Source: Eimeria praecox (taxonomy: Eukaryota). From it: a stretch of 64,000 bases of DNA. A model generated the notes under the pieces. It saw only the letters and a list, made by a program, of their open reading frames with translations. It had not been told where the DNA came from and did no database searches. The DNA lies in the NCBI GenBank assembly GCA_963920595.1, contig OY986950.1, positions 3,286,001 to 3,350,000 on the forward strand, given 5' to 3'. Shown piece after piece: positions 1 to 14,332 of the stretch. Made by a program: the position numbers and the translations under genes. The first letter of the stretch is position 1. Every line of letters begins with the position of its first letter.

Positions 1-3000
1 GACAGACAGAGGAGACAGACAGAGGAGACAGGCAGAGGAGACAGACAGAGGAGACAGACAGAGGAGACAGACAGAGGAGACAGACAGAGGAGACAGACAG
101 AGGAGACAGGCAGAGGAGACAGACAGAGGAGACAGACAGAGGAGACAGACAGAGGAGACAGACAGAGGAGACAGACAGAGGAGACAGACAGAGGAGACAG
201 GCAGAGGAGACAGACAGAGGAGACAGACAGAGGAGACAGACAGAGGAGACAGACAGAGGAGACAGACAGAGGAGACAGACAGAGGAGACAGACAGAGGAG
301 ACAGACAGAGGAGACAGACAGAGGAGACAGACAGAGGAGACAGACAGAGGAGACAGACAGAGGAGACAGACAGAGGAGACAGGCAGAGGAGACAGACAGA
401 GGAGACAGACAGAGGAGACAGACAGAGGAGACAGGCAGAGGAGACAGACAGAGGAGACAGACAGAGGAGACAGGCAGAGGAGACAGACAGAGGAGACAGA
501 CAGAGGAGACAGACAGAGGAGACAGACAGAGGAGACAGACAGAGGAGACAGACAGAGGAGACAGACAGAGGAGACAGACAGAGGAGACAGACAGAGGAGA
601 CAGACAGAGGAGACAGACAGAGGAGACAGACAGAGGAGACAGACAGAGGAGACAGACAGAGGAGACAGACAGAGGAGACAGACAGAGGAGACAGACAGAG
701 GAGACAGACAGAGGAGACAGACAGAGGAGACAGACAGAGGAGACAGACAGAGGAGACAGACAGAGGAGACAGACAGAGGAGACAGACAGAGGAGACAGAC
801 AGAGGAGACAGACAGAGGAGACAGACAGAGGAGACAGACAGAGGAGACAGACAGAGGAGACAGACAGAGGAGACAGACAGAGGAGACAGACAGAGGAGAC
901 AGACAGAGGAGACAGACAGAGGAGACAGACAGAGGAGACAGACAGAGGAGACAGACAGAGGAGACAGACAGAGGAGACAGGCAGAGGAGACAGACAGAGG
1001 AGACAGACAGAGGAGACAGACAGAGGAGACAGACAGAGGAGACAGACAGAGGAGACAGACAGAGGAGACAGACAGAGGAGACAGACAGAGGAGACAGACA
1101 GAGGAGACAGGCAGAGGAGACAGACAGAGGAGACAGACAGAGGAGACAGACAGAGGAGACAGACAGAGGAGACAGACAGAGGAGACAGACAGAGGAGACA
1201 GACAGAGGAGACAGACAGAGGAGACAGACAGAGGAGACAGACAGAGGAGACAGACAGAGGAGACAGACAGAGGAGACAGACAGAGGAGACAGACAGAGGA
1301 GACAGACAGAGGAGACAGACAGAGGAGACAGACAGAGGAGACAGACAGAGGAGACAGACAGAGGAGACAGACAGAGGAGACAGACAGAGGAGACAGACAG
1401 AGGAGACAGACAGAGGAGACAGACAGAGGAGACAGACAGAGGAGACAGACAGAGGAGACAGACAGAGGAGACAGACAGAGGAGACAGACAGAGGAGACAG
1501 ACAGAGGAGACAGACAGAGGAGACAGACAGAGGAGACAGACAGAGGAGACAGACAGAGGAGACAGACAGAGGAGACAGACAGAGGAGACAGACAGAGGAG
1601 ACAGACAGAGGAGACAGACAGAGGAGACAGACAGAGGAGACAGACAGAGGAGACAGACAGAGGAGACAGACAGAGGAGACAGACAGAGGAGACAGACAGA
1701 GGAGACAGACAGAGGAGACAGACAGAGGAGACAGACAGAGGAGACAGACAGAGGAGACAGGCAGAGGAGACAGGCAGAGGAGACAGACAGAGGAGACAGA
1801 CAGAGGAGACAGGCAGAGGAGACAGACAGAGGAGACAGACAGAGGAGACAGGCAGAGGAGACAGACAGAGGAGACAGACAGAGGAGACAGACAGAGGAGA
1901 CAGACAGAGGAGACAGACAGAGGAGACAGGCAGAGGAGACAGACAGAGGAGACAGACAGAGGAGACAGGCAGAGGAGACAGGCAGAGGAGACAGACAGAG
2001 GAGACAGGCAGAGGAGACAGGCAGAGGAGACAGACAGAGGAGACAGGCAGAGGAGACAGACAGAGGAGACAGACAGAGGAGACAGACAGAGGAGACAGGC
2101 AGAGGAGACAGACAGAGGAGACAGACAGAGGAGACAGGCAGAGGAGACAGACAGAGGAGACAGACAGAGGAGACAGGCAGAGGAGACAGACAGAGGAGAC
2201 AGACAGAGGAGACAGACAGAGGAGACAGACAGAGGAGACAGACAGAGGAGACAGACAGAGGAGACAGACAGAGGAGACAGACAGAGGAGACAGGCAGAGG
2301 AGACAGACAGAGGAGACAGGCAGAGGAGACAGACAGAGGAGACAGACAGAGGAGACAGACAGAGGAGACAGGCAGAGGAGACAGACAGAGGAGACAGACA
2401 GAGGAGACAGACAGAGGAGACAGACAGAGGAGACAGACAGAGGAGACAGACAGAGGAGACAGACAGAGGAGACAGACAGAGGAGACAGACAGAGGAGACA
2501 GACAGAGGAGACAGACAGAGGAGACAGACAGAGGAGACAGACAGAGGAGACAGACAGAGGAGACAGACAGAGGAGACAGACAGAGGAGACAGACAGAGGA
2601 GACAGACAGAGGAGACAGACAGAGGAGACAGACAGAGGAGACAGACAGAGGAGACAGACAGAGGAGACAGACAGAGGAGACAGACAGAGGAGACAGACAG
2701 AGGAGACAGACAGAGGAGACAGACAGAGGAGACAGACAGAGGAGACAGACAGAGGAGACAGACAGAGGAGACAGACAGAGGAGACAGACAGAGGAGACAG
2801 ACAGAGGAGACAGACAGAGGAGACAGGCAGAGGAGACAGACAGAGGAGACAGACAGAGGAGACAGGCAGAGGAGACAGACAGAGGAGACAGACAGAGGAG
2901 ACAGGCAGAGGAGACAGACAGAGGAGACAGACAGAGGAGACAGGCAGAGGAGACAGACAGAGGAGACAGACAGAGGAGACAGGCAGAGGAGACAGACAGA

Positions 3001-6000
3001 GGAGACAGACAGAGGAGACAGGCAGAGGAGACAGACAGAGGAGACAGACAGAGGAGACAGACAGAGGAGACAGACAGAGGAGACAGACAGAGGAGACAGG
3101 CAGAGGAGACAGACAGAGGAGACAGACAGAGGAGACAGGCAGAGGAGACAGACAGAGGAGACAGACAGAGGAGACAGACAGAGGAGACAGGCAGAGGAGA
3201 CAGACAGAGGAGACAGACAGAGGAGACAGGCAGAGGAGACAGACAGAGGAGACAGACAGAGGAGACAGGCAGAGGAGACAGACAGAGGAGACAGACAGAG
3301 GAGACAGGCAGAGGAGACAGACAGAGGAGACAGACAGAGGAGACAGGCAGAGGAGACAGACAGAGGAGACAGACAGAGGAGACAGACAGAGGAGACAGAC
3401 AGAGGAGACAGACAGAGGAGACAGACAGAGGAGACAGACAGAGGAGACAGACAGAGGAGACAGACAGAGGAGACAGACAGAGGAGACAGACAGAGGAGAC
3501 AGACAGAGGAGACAGACAGAGGAGACAGACAGAGGAGACAGACAGAGGAGACAGACAGAGGAGACAGACAGAGGAGACAGACAGAGGAGACAGACAGAGG
3601 AGACAGACAGAGGAGACAGACAGAGGAGACAGACAGAGGAGACAGACAGAGGAGACAGACAGAGGAGACAGACAGAGGAGACAGACAGAGGAGACAGACA
3701 GAGGAGACAGACAGAGGAGACAGACAGAGGAGACAGACAGAGGAGACAGACAGAGGAGACAGACAGAGGAGACAGACAGAGGAGACAGACAGAGGAGACA
3801 GACAGAGGAGACAGACAGAGGAGACAGACAGAGGAGACAGACAGAGGAGACAGACAGAGGAGACAGACAGAGGAGACAGACAGAGGAGACAGGCAGAGGA
3901 GACAGACAGAGGAGACAGACAGAGGAGACAGGCAGAGGAGACAGGCAGAGGAGACAGACAGAGGAGACAGGCAGAGGAGACAGGCAGAGGAGACAGACAG
4001 AGGAGACAGGCAGAGGAGACAGGCAGAGGAGACAGACAGAGGAGACAGGCAGAGGAGACAGACAGAGGAGACAGACAGAGGAGACAGACAGAGGAGACAG
4101 ACAGAGGAGACAGACAGAGGAGACAGGCAGAGGAGACAGACAGAGGAGACAGACAGAGGAGACAGGCAGAGGAGACAGACAGAGGAGACAGACAGAGGAG
4201 ACAGGCAGAGGAGACAGACAGAGGAGACAGACAGAGGAGACAGACAGAGGAGACAGACAGAGGAGACAGACAGAGGAGACAGGCAGAGGAGACAGGCAGA
4301 GGAGACAGACAGAGGAGACAGGCAGAGGAGACAGGCAGAGGAGACAGGCAGAGGAGACAGGCAGAGGAGACAGGCAGAGGAGACAGACAGAGGAGACAGG
4401 CAGAGGAGACAGGCAGAGGAGACAGACAGAGGAGACAGACAGAGGAGACAGACAGAGGAGACAGACAGAGGAGACAGACAGAGGAGACAGACAGAGGAGA
4501 CAGACAGAGGAGACAGACAGAGGAGACAGACAGAGGAGACAGACAGAGGAGACAGACAGAGGAGACAGACAGAGGAGACAGACAGAGGAGACAGACAGAG
4601 GAGACAGACAGAGGAGACAGACAGAGGAGACAGACAGAGGAGACAGACAGAGGAGACAGACAGAGGAGACAGACAGAGGAGACAGACAGAGGAGACAGAC
4701 AGAGGAGACAGACAGAGGAGACAGACAGAGGAGACAGACAGAGGAGACAGACAGAGGAGACAGACAGAGGAGACAGACAGAGGAGACAGACAGAGGAGAC
4801 AGACAGAGGAGACAGACAGAGGAGACAGACAGAGGAGACAGACAGAGGAGACAGACAGAGGAGACAGACAGAGGAGACAGACAGAGGAGACAGACAGAGG
4901 AGACAGACAGAGGAGACAGACAGAGGAGACAGACAGAGGAGACAGACAGAGGAGACAGACAGAGGAGACAGACAGAGGAGACAGACAGAGGAGACAGACA
5001 GAGGAGACAGACAGAGGAGACAGACAGAGGAGACAGACAGAGGAGACAGACAGAGGAGACAGACAGAGGAGACAGACAGAGGAGACAGACAGAGGAGACA
5101 GACAGAGGAGACAGACAGAGGAGACAGACAGAGGAGACAGACAGAGGAGACAGACAGAGGAGACAGACAGAGGAGACAGACAGAGGAGACAGACAGAGGA
5201 GACAGACAGAGGAGACAGACAGAGGAGACAGACAGAGGAGACAGACAGAGGAGACAGACAGAGGAGACAGACAGAGGAGACAGACAGAGGAGACAGACAG
5301 AGGAGACAGACAGAGGAGACAGACAGAGGAGACAGACAGAGGAGACAGACAGAGGAGACAGACAGAGGAGACAGACAGAGGAGACAGACAGAGGAGACAG
5401 ACAGAGGAGACAGACAGAGGAGACAGACAGAGGAGACAGACAGAGGAGACAGACAGAGGAGACAGACAGAGGAGACAGACAGAGGAGACAGACAGAGGAG
5501 ACAGACAGAGGAGACAGACAGAGGAGACAGACAGAGGAGACAGACAGAGGAGACAGACAGAGGAGACAGACAGAGGAGACAGACAGAGGAGACAGACAGA
5601 GGAGACAGACAGAGGAGACAGACAGAGGAGACAGACAGAGGAGACAGACAGAGGAGACAGACAGAGGAGACAGACAGAGGAGACAGACAGAGGAGACAGA
5701 CAGAGGAGACAGACAGAGGAGACAGACAGAGGAGACAGACAGAGGAGACAGACAGAGGAGACAGACAGAGGAGACAGACAGAGGAGACAGACAGAGGAGA
5801 CAGACAGAGGAGACAGACAGAGGAGACAGACAGAGGAGACAGACAGAGGAGACAGACAGAGGAGACAGACAGAGGAGACAGACAGAGGAGACAGACAGAG
5901 GAGACAGACAGAGGAGACAGACAGAGGAGACAGACAGAGGAGACAGACAGAGGAGACAGACAGAGGAGACAGACAGAGGAGACAGACAGAGGAGACAGAC

Positions 6001-9000
6001 AGAGGAGACAGACAGAGGAGACAGACAGAGGAGACAGACAGAGGAGACAGACAGAGGAGACAGACAGAGGAGACAGACAGAGGAGACAGACAGAGGAGAC
6101 AGACAGAGGAGACAGACAGAGGAGACAGACAGAGGAGACAGACAGAGGAGACAGACAGAGGAGACAGACAGAGGAGACAGACAGAGGAGACAGACAGAGG
6201 AGACAGACAGAGGAGACAGACAGAGGAGACAGACAGAGGAGACAGACAGAGGAGACAGACAGAGGAGACAGACAGAGGAGACAGACAGAGGAGACAGACA
6301 GAGGAGACAGACAGAGGAGACAGACAGAGGAGACAGACAGAGGAGACAGACAGAGGAGACAGACAGAGGAGACAGACAGAGGAGACAGACAGAGGAGACA
6401 GACAGAGGAGACAGACAGAGGAGACAGACAGAGGAGACAGACAGAGGAGACAGACAGAGGAGACAGACAGAGGAGACAGACAGAGGAGACAGACAGAGGA
6501 GACAGACAGAGGAGACAGACAGAGGAGACAGACAGAGGAGACAGACAGAGGAGACAGACAGAGGAGACAGACAGAGGAGACAGACAGAGGAGACAGACAG
6601 AGGAGACAGACAGAGGAGACAGACAGAGGAGACAGACAGAGGAGACAGACAGAGGAGACAGACAGAGGAGACAGACAGAGGAGACAGACAGAGGAGACAG
6701 ACAGAGGAGACAGACAGAGGAGACAGACAGAGGAGACAGACAGAGGAGACAGACAGAGGAGACAGACAGAGGAGACAGACAGAGGAGACAGACAGAGGAG
6801 ACAGACAGAGGAGACAGACAGAGGAGACAGACAGAGGAGACAGACAGAGGAGACAGACAGAGGAGACAGACAGAGGAGACAGACAGAGGAGACAGACAGA
6901 GGAGACAGACAGAGGAGACAGACAGAGGAGACAGACAGAGGAGACAGACAGAGGAGACAGACAGAGGAGACAGACAGAGGAGACAGACAGAGGAGACAGA
7001 CAGAGGAGACAGACAGAGGAGACAGACAGAGGAGACAGACAGAGGAGACAGACAGAGGAGACAGACAGAGGAGACAGACAGAGGAGACAGACAGAGGAGA
7101 CAGACAGAGGAGACAGACAGAGGAGACAGACAGAGGAGACAGACAGAGGAGACAGACAGAGGAGACAGACAGAGGAGACAGACAGAGGAGACAGACAGAG
7201 GAGACAGACAGAGGAGACAGACAGAGGAGACAGACAGAGGAGACAGACAGAGGAGACAGACAGAGGAGACAGACAGAGGAGACAGACAGAGGAGACAGAC
7301 AGAGGAGACAGACAGAGGAGACAGACAGAGGAGACAGACAGAGGAGACAGACAGAGGAGACAGACAGAGGAGACAGACAGAGGAGACAGACAGAGGAGAC
7401 AGACAGAGGAGACAGACAGAGGAGACAGACAGAGGAGACAGACAGAGGAGACAGACAGAGGAGACAGACAGAGGAGACAGACAGAGGAGACAGACAGAGG
7501 AGACAGACAGAGGAGACAGACAGAGGAGACAGACAGAGGAGACAGACAGAGGAGACAGACAGAGGAGACAGACAGAGGAGACAGACAGAGGAGACAGACA
7601 GAGGAGACAGACAGAGGAGACAGACAGAGGAGACAGACAGAGGAGACAGACAGAGGAGACAGACAGAGGAGACAGACAGAGGAGACAGACAGAGGAGACA
7701 GACAGAGGAGACAGACAGAGGAGACAGACAGAGGAGACAGACAGAGGAGACAGACAGAGGAGACAGACAGAGGAGACAGACAGAGGAGACAGACAGAGGA
7801 GACAGACAGAGGAGACAGACAGAGGAGACAGACAGAGGAGACAGACAGAGGAGACAGACAGAGGAGACAGACAGAGGAGACAGACAGAGGAGACAGACAG
7901 AGGAGACAGACAGAGGAGACAGACAGAGGAGACAGACAGAGGAGACAGACAGAGGAGACAGACAGAGGAGACAGACAGAGGAGACAGACAGAGGAGACAG
8001 ACAGAGGAGACAGACAGAGGAGACAGACAGAGGAGACAGACAGAGGAGACAGACAGAGGAGACAGACAGAGGAGACAGACAGAGGAGACAGACAGAGGAG
8101 ACAGACAGAGGAGACAGACAGAGGAGACAGACAGAGGAGACAGACAGAGGAGACAGACAGAGGAGACAGACAGAGGAGACAGACAGAGGAGACAGACAGA
8201 GGAGACAGACAGAGGAGACAGACAGAGGAGACAGACAGAGGAGACAGACAGAGGAGACAGACAGAGGAGACAGACAGAGGAGACAGACAGAGGAGACAGA
8301 CAGAGGAGACAGACAGAGGAGACAGACAGAGGAGACAGACAGAGGAGACAGACAGAGGAGACAGACAGAGGAGACAGACAGAGGAGACAGACAGAGGAGA
8401 CAGACAGAGGAGACAGACAGAGGAGACAGACAGAGGAGACAGACAGAGGAGACAGACAGAGGAGACAGACAGAGGAGACAGACAGAGGAGACAGACAGAG
8501 GAGACAGACAGAGGAGACAGACAGAGGAGACAGACAGAGGAGACAGACAGAGGAGACAGACAGAGGAGACAGACAGAGGAGACAGACAGAGGAGACAGAC
8601 AGAGGAGACAGACAGAGGAGACAGACAGAGGAGACAGACAGAGGAGACAGACAGAGGAGACAGACAGAGGAGACAGACAGAGGAGACAGACAGAGGAGAC
8701 AGACAGAGGAGACAGACAGAGGAGACAGACAGAGGAGACAGACAGAGGAGACAGACAGAGGAGACAGACAGAGGAGACAGACAGAGGAGACAGACAGAGG
8801 AGACAGACAGAGGAGACAGACAGAGGAGACAGACAGAGGAGACAGACAGAGGAGACAGACAGAGGAGACAGACAGAGGAGACAGACAGAGGAGACAGACA
8901 GAGGAGACAGACAGAGGAGACAGACAGAGGAGACAGACAGAGGAGACAGACAGAGGAGACAGACAGAGGAGACAGACAGAGGAGACAGACAGAGGAGACA

Positions 9001-12000
9001 GACAGAGGAGACAGACAGAGGAGACAGACAGAGGAGACAGACAGAGGAGACAGACAGAGGAGACAGACAGAGGAGACAGACAGAGGAGACAGACAGAGGA
9101 GACAGACAGAGGAGACAGACAGAGGAGACAGACAGAGGAGACAGACAGAGGAGACAGACAGAGGAGACAGACAGAGGAGACAGACAGAGGAGACAGACAG
9201 AGGAGACAGACAGAGGAGACAGACAGAGGAGACAGACAGAGGAGACAGACAGAGGAGACAGACAGAGGAGACAGACAGAGGAGACAGACAGAGGAGACAG
9301 ACAGAGGAGACAGACAGAGGAGACAGACAGAGGAGACAGACAGAGGAGACAGACAGAGGAGACAGACAGAGGAGACAGACAGAGGAGACAGACAGAGGAG
9401 ACAGACAGAGGAGACAGACAGAGGAGACAGACAGAGGAGACAGACAGAGGAGACAGACAGAGGAGACAGACAGAGGAGACAGACAGAGGAGACAGACAGA
9501 GGAGACAGACAGAGGAGACAGACAGAGGAGACAGACAGAGGAGACAGACAGAGGAGACAGACAGAGGAGACAGACAGAGGAGACAGACAGAGGAGACAGA
9601 CAGAGGAGACAGACAGAGGAGACAGACAGAGGAGACAGACAGAGGAGACAGACAGAGGAGACAGACAGAGGAGACAGACAGAGGAGACAGACAGAGGAGA
9701 CAGACAGAGGAGACAGACAGAGGAGACAGACAGAGGAGACAGACAGAGGAGACAGACAGAGGAGACAGACAGAGGAGACAGACAGAGGAGACAGACAGAG
9801 GAGACAGACAGAGGAGACAGACAGAGGAGACAGACAGAGGAGACAGACAGAGGAGACAGACAGAGGAGACAGACAGAGGAGACAGACAGAGGAGACAGAC
9901 AGAGGAGACAGACAGAGGAGACAGACAGAGGAGACAGACAGAGGAGACAGACAGAGGAGACAGACAGAGGAGACAGACAGAGGAGACAGACAGAGGAGAC
10001 AGACAGAGGAGACAGACAGAGGAGACAGACAGAGGAGACAGACAGAGGAGACAGACAGAGGAGACAGACAGAGGAGACAGACAGAGGAGACAGACAGAGG
10101 AGACAGACAGAGGAGACAGACAGAGGAGACAGACAGAGGAGACAGACAGAGGAGACAGACAGAGGAGACAGACAGAGGAGACAGACAGAGGAGACAGACA
10201 GAGGAGACAGACAGAGGAGACAGACAGAGGAGACAGACAGAGGAGACAGACAGAGGAGACAGACAGAGGAGACAGACAGAGGAGACAGACAGAGGAGACA
10301 GACAGAGGAGACAGACAGAGGAGACAGACAGAGGAGACAGACAGAGGAGACAGACAGAGGAGACAGACAGAGGAGACAGACAGAGGAGACAGACAGAGGA
10401 GACAGACAGAGGAGACAGACAGAGGAGACAGACAGAGGAGACAGACAGAGGAGACAGACAGAGGAGACAGACAGAGGAGACAGACAGAGGAGACAGACAG
10501 AGGAGACAGACAGAGGAGACAGACAGAGGAGACAGACAGAGGAGACAGACAGAGGAGACAGACAGAGGAGACAGACAGAGGAGACAGACAGAGGAGACAG
10601 ACAGAGGAGACAGACAGAGGAGACAGACAGAGGAGACAGACAGAGGAGACAGACAGAGGAGACAGACAGAGGAGACAGACAGAGGAGACAGACAGAGGAG
10701 ACAGACAGAGGAGACAGACAGAGGAGACAGACAGAGGAGACAGACAGAGGAGACAGACAGAGGAGACAGACAGAGGAGACAGACAGAGGAGACAGACAGA
10801 GGAGACAGACAGAGGAGACAGACAGAGGAGACAGACAGAGGAGACAGACAGAGGAGACAGACAGAGGAGACAGACAGAGGAGACAGACAGAGGAGACAGA
10901 CAGAGGAGACAGACAGAGGAGACAGACAGAGGAGACAGACAGAGGAGACAGACAGAGGAGACAGACAGAGGAGACAGACAGAGGAGACAGACAGAGGAGA
11001 CAGACAGAGGAGACAGACAGAGGAGACAGACAGAGGAGACAGACAGAGGAGACAGACAGAGGAGACAGACAGAGGAGACAGACAGAGGAGACAGACAGAG
11101 GAGACAGACAGAGGAGACAGACAGAGGAGACAGACAGAGGAGACAGACAGAGGAGACAGACAGAGGAGACAGACAGAGGAGACAGACAGAGGAGACAGAC
11201 AGAGGAGACAGACAGAGGAGACAGACAGAGGAGACAGACAGAGGAGACAGACAGAGGAGACAGACAGAGGAGACAGACAGAGGAGACAGACAGAGGAGAC
11301 AGACAGAGGAGACAGACAGAGGAGACAGACAGAGGAGACAGACAGAGGAGACAGACAGAGGAGACAGACAGAGGAGACAGACAGAGGAGACAGACAGAGG
11401 AGACAGACAGAGGAGACAGACAGAGGAGACAGACAGAGGAGACAGACAGAGGAGACAGACAGAGGAGACAGACAGAGGAGACAGACAGAGGAGACAGACA
11501 GAGGAGACAGACAGAGGAGACAGACAGAGGAGACAGACAGAGGAGACAGACAGAGGAGACAGACAGAGGAGACAGACAGAGGAGACAGACAGAGGAGACA
11601 GACAGAGGAGACAGACAGAGGAGACAGACAGAGGAGACAGACAGAGGAGACAGACAGAGGAGACAGACAGAGGAGACAGACAGAGGAGACAGACAGAGGA
11701 GACAGACAGAGGAGACAGACAGAGGAGACAGACAGAGGAGACAGACAGAGGAGACAGACAGAGGAGACAGACAGAGGAGACAGACAGAGGAGACAGACAG
11801 AGGAGACAGACAGAGGAGACAGACAGAGGAGACAGACAGAGGAGACAGACAGAGGAGACAGACAGAGGAGACAGACAGAGGAGACAGACAGAGGAGACAG
11901 ACAGAGGAGACAGACAGAGGAGACAGACAGAGGAGACAGACAGAGGAGACAGACAGAGGAGACAGACAGAGGAGACAGACAGAGGAGACAGACAGAGGAG

Positions 12001-12602
12001 ACAGACAGAGGAGACAGACAGAGGAGACAGACAGAGGAGACAGACAGAGGAGACAGACAGAGGAGACAGACAGAGGAGACAGACAGAGGAGACAGACAGA
12101 GGAGACAGACAGAGGAGACAGACAGAGGAGACAGACAGAGGAGACAGACAGAGGAGACAGACAGAGGAGACAGACAGAGGAGACAGACAGAGGAGACAGA
12201 CAGAGGAGACAGACAGAGGAGACAGACAGAGGAGACAGACAGAGGAGACAGACAGAGGAGACAGACAGAGGAGACAGACAGAGGAGACAGACAGAGGAGA
12301 CAGACAGAGGAGACAGACAGAGGAGACAGACAGAGGAGACAGACAGAGGAGACAGACAGAGGAGACAGACAGAGGAGACAGACAGAGGAGACAGACAGAG
12401 GAGACAGACAGAGGAGACAGACAGAGGAGACAGACAGAGGAGACAGACAGAGGAGACAGACAGAGGAGACAGACAGAGGAGACAGACAGAGGAGACAGAC
12501 AGAGGAGACAGACAGAGGAGACAGACAGAGGAGACAGACAGAGGAGACAGACAGAGGAGACAGACAGAGGAGACAGACAGAGGAGACAGACAAAGGAGAC
12601 AG
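1..12602. repeat. Tandem array of 13-bp unit GACAGACAGAGGA (~970 copies, runs off the left edge)
   Basis: Direct reading. A single A>G variant unit (ACAGGCAGAGG) is scattered in 1-~4415 and the array looks invariant from there to ~12590. It ends in a degenerate CAAAGGAGACAG. Confidence 0.99.
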
Positions 12603-12979
12603 TTAAACAACTAGGAGACAGAGAAAGGAGACAGTTAAACGAACAGGAGATATTCTTGCAGCTAGCCACAGGGACTGCAGCGACGTGAAATCGAGGCTGC
12701 AGCTATTCGTCTCTCCTCCCCCACACCCTAATGCTCTGTGTGTCTCCTCTAAAGCCTTAAACCCTGAGCTGCAGCAGCGGCAGCAGCAGCAGCAATAGCA
12801 GCAGCAGCAGCAGTAATAGCAGCAGCAGCAGTAATAGAAGCAGCAGCAGCAGTAATAGCAGCAGCAGCAGCGAAGAGGGCTCGGCTGCTGTCTCTGTCTG
12901 TCTCTATCTAACAAACTCTCTGTCTCCTTCTCTCCGTCTTTCTCCTCTCTGTCTGTCTGTCTCTCTCTCTCTCTCCTTC

Positions 12980-14023
12980 TTAGTTTCTCCTGCTCCTTCT
13001 GTATCTTCTTGAGGGCCTAGGGTTTAGGGTTTAGGGTTTAGGGTCTAGGGTCTAGGGTTTAGGGTTTAGGGCTTAGGGTTTAGGGTTATATACTTGAAGT
13101 CAGCTTGGCACGCCTCCAGCAAGACGTCATAGAAATCTTCTTCATCAATATACACTGCGACAAACCCTCTAAACCCTAAACCCTAAACCCTAAACCCTAA
13201 ACCCTAAACCCTAATCCCTGTTGTTTTGTCTGTTGACTACATGTTGATGTCTCTCTGCACTTCTTGTGTTTATTTTTTATTTTTTATTCTTTACTGTTTA
13301 CTATTCAGGATCTAGGGTTTAGGGTTTAGGGTTTAGGGTTTAGGGTTTAGGGTTTAGGGTTTACAAGGTGGGGGGTTAGGTAAGTTAACTAATTCTATGA
13401 AAGGAGAGACAGTCTCTGCTTCAGGTGTCTCCTTAGGTGCTCCAATAAATAAGAGAGAGGAGACAGAGAGGAGAGTAAGATTATCTTTGTTTAGTAATCG
13501 ATTCCATAGAGAAGGAGGCAGAGGCAGCAGGGCCTCTTGCAGCACCTGAGCATACACCACAATATACTTTCTTGCTGCTGTTGCTGTTGCTGTTGCTTTT
13601 GCTGTTGTTGTTGCTGCTAGTGCTGCTGTTCCTGATGATCTGGTTATGGTTGTTGCTGCTGCTGCTGCTAGTGCTGCTGTTGCTGCTGTTGCTGTTTGTT
13701 TCTGCTGTTGCTGTTTGTTTCTGCTGTTGTTGTTGTTGCTGCTGCTGCTGTTTGTTTCTTCCGTGTGCTGCTGCTGCTGCTGCTGCTGCAGCAGCAGCAG
13801 CAGCAGCAGCAGCAGTTTGTGTATGTGTGTGTTTACAGCCTGGACTTGTGCATGCGTCATCATAGGGTTGGCTGTCTCCGAAGTTTTTTTATTTCTGTCT
13901 CTTCTCTTGTTGTCTCCTGTCTCTATTGGCGTCATGTGTCTCTGCAGCAGCTTTGCTTTGTTTTGCTGCAGCCGCAGATGCAGCAGCCCGCAGAGCAGCA
14001 GCCGTGCTCTTCCTTCTGGTGTA

Positions 14024-14055
<32 letters not shown>

Positions 14056-14292
14056 AGCAGCAGCAGCAGCAGCTTTAGGAGACTTTGGAGACTTAGGAGA
14101 ACGGGGAGTGTGGGGTCTTCGATTCTCGTGTCTCCTACTGTCTTCCTGCTGCTGCTGCTGCTGCTGCTGCTCTACTTTTGCTGCTGCTGCTAACCCTAGC
14201 AGCAAAGTAGCAGCAGCAGATTCTCTGCAGCCACTCAGTGCCTCCGCTCCTAGCAGCAGCAGAGACACTGCTGGCCTGCGGGTTCGGGTGTC

Positions 14293-14332
<40 letters not shown>

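Noticed and set aside
1..12602. CRISPR array or giant repetitive CDS
   Set aside because: No unique spacers or cas genes. The open frames arise only from T-free/A-free composition, with no ATG.
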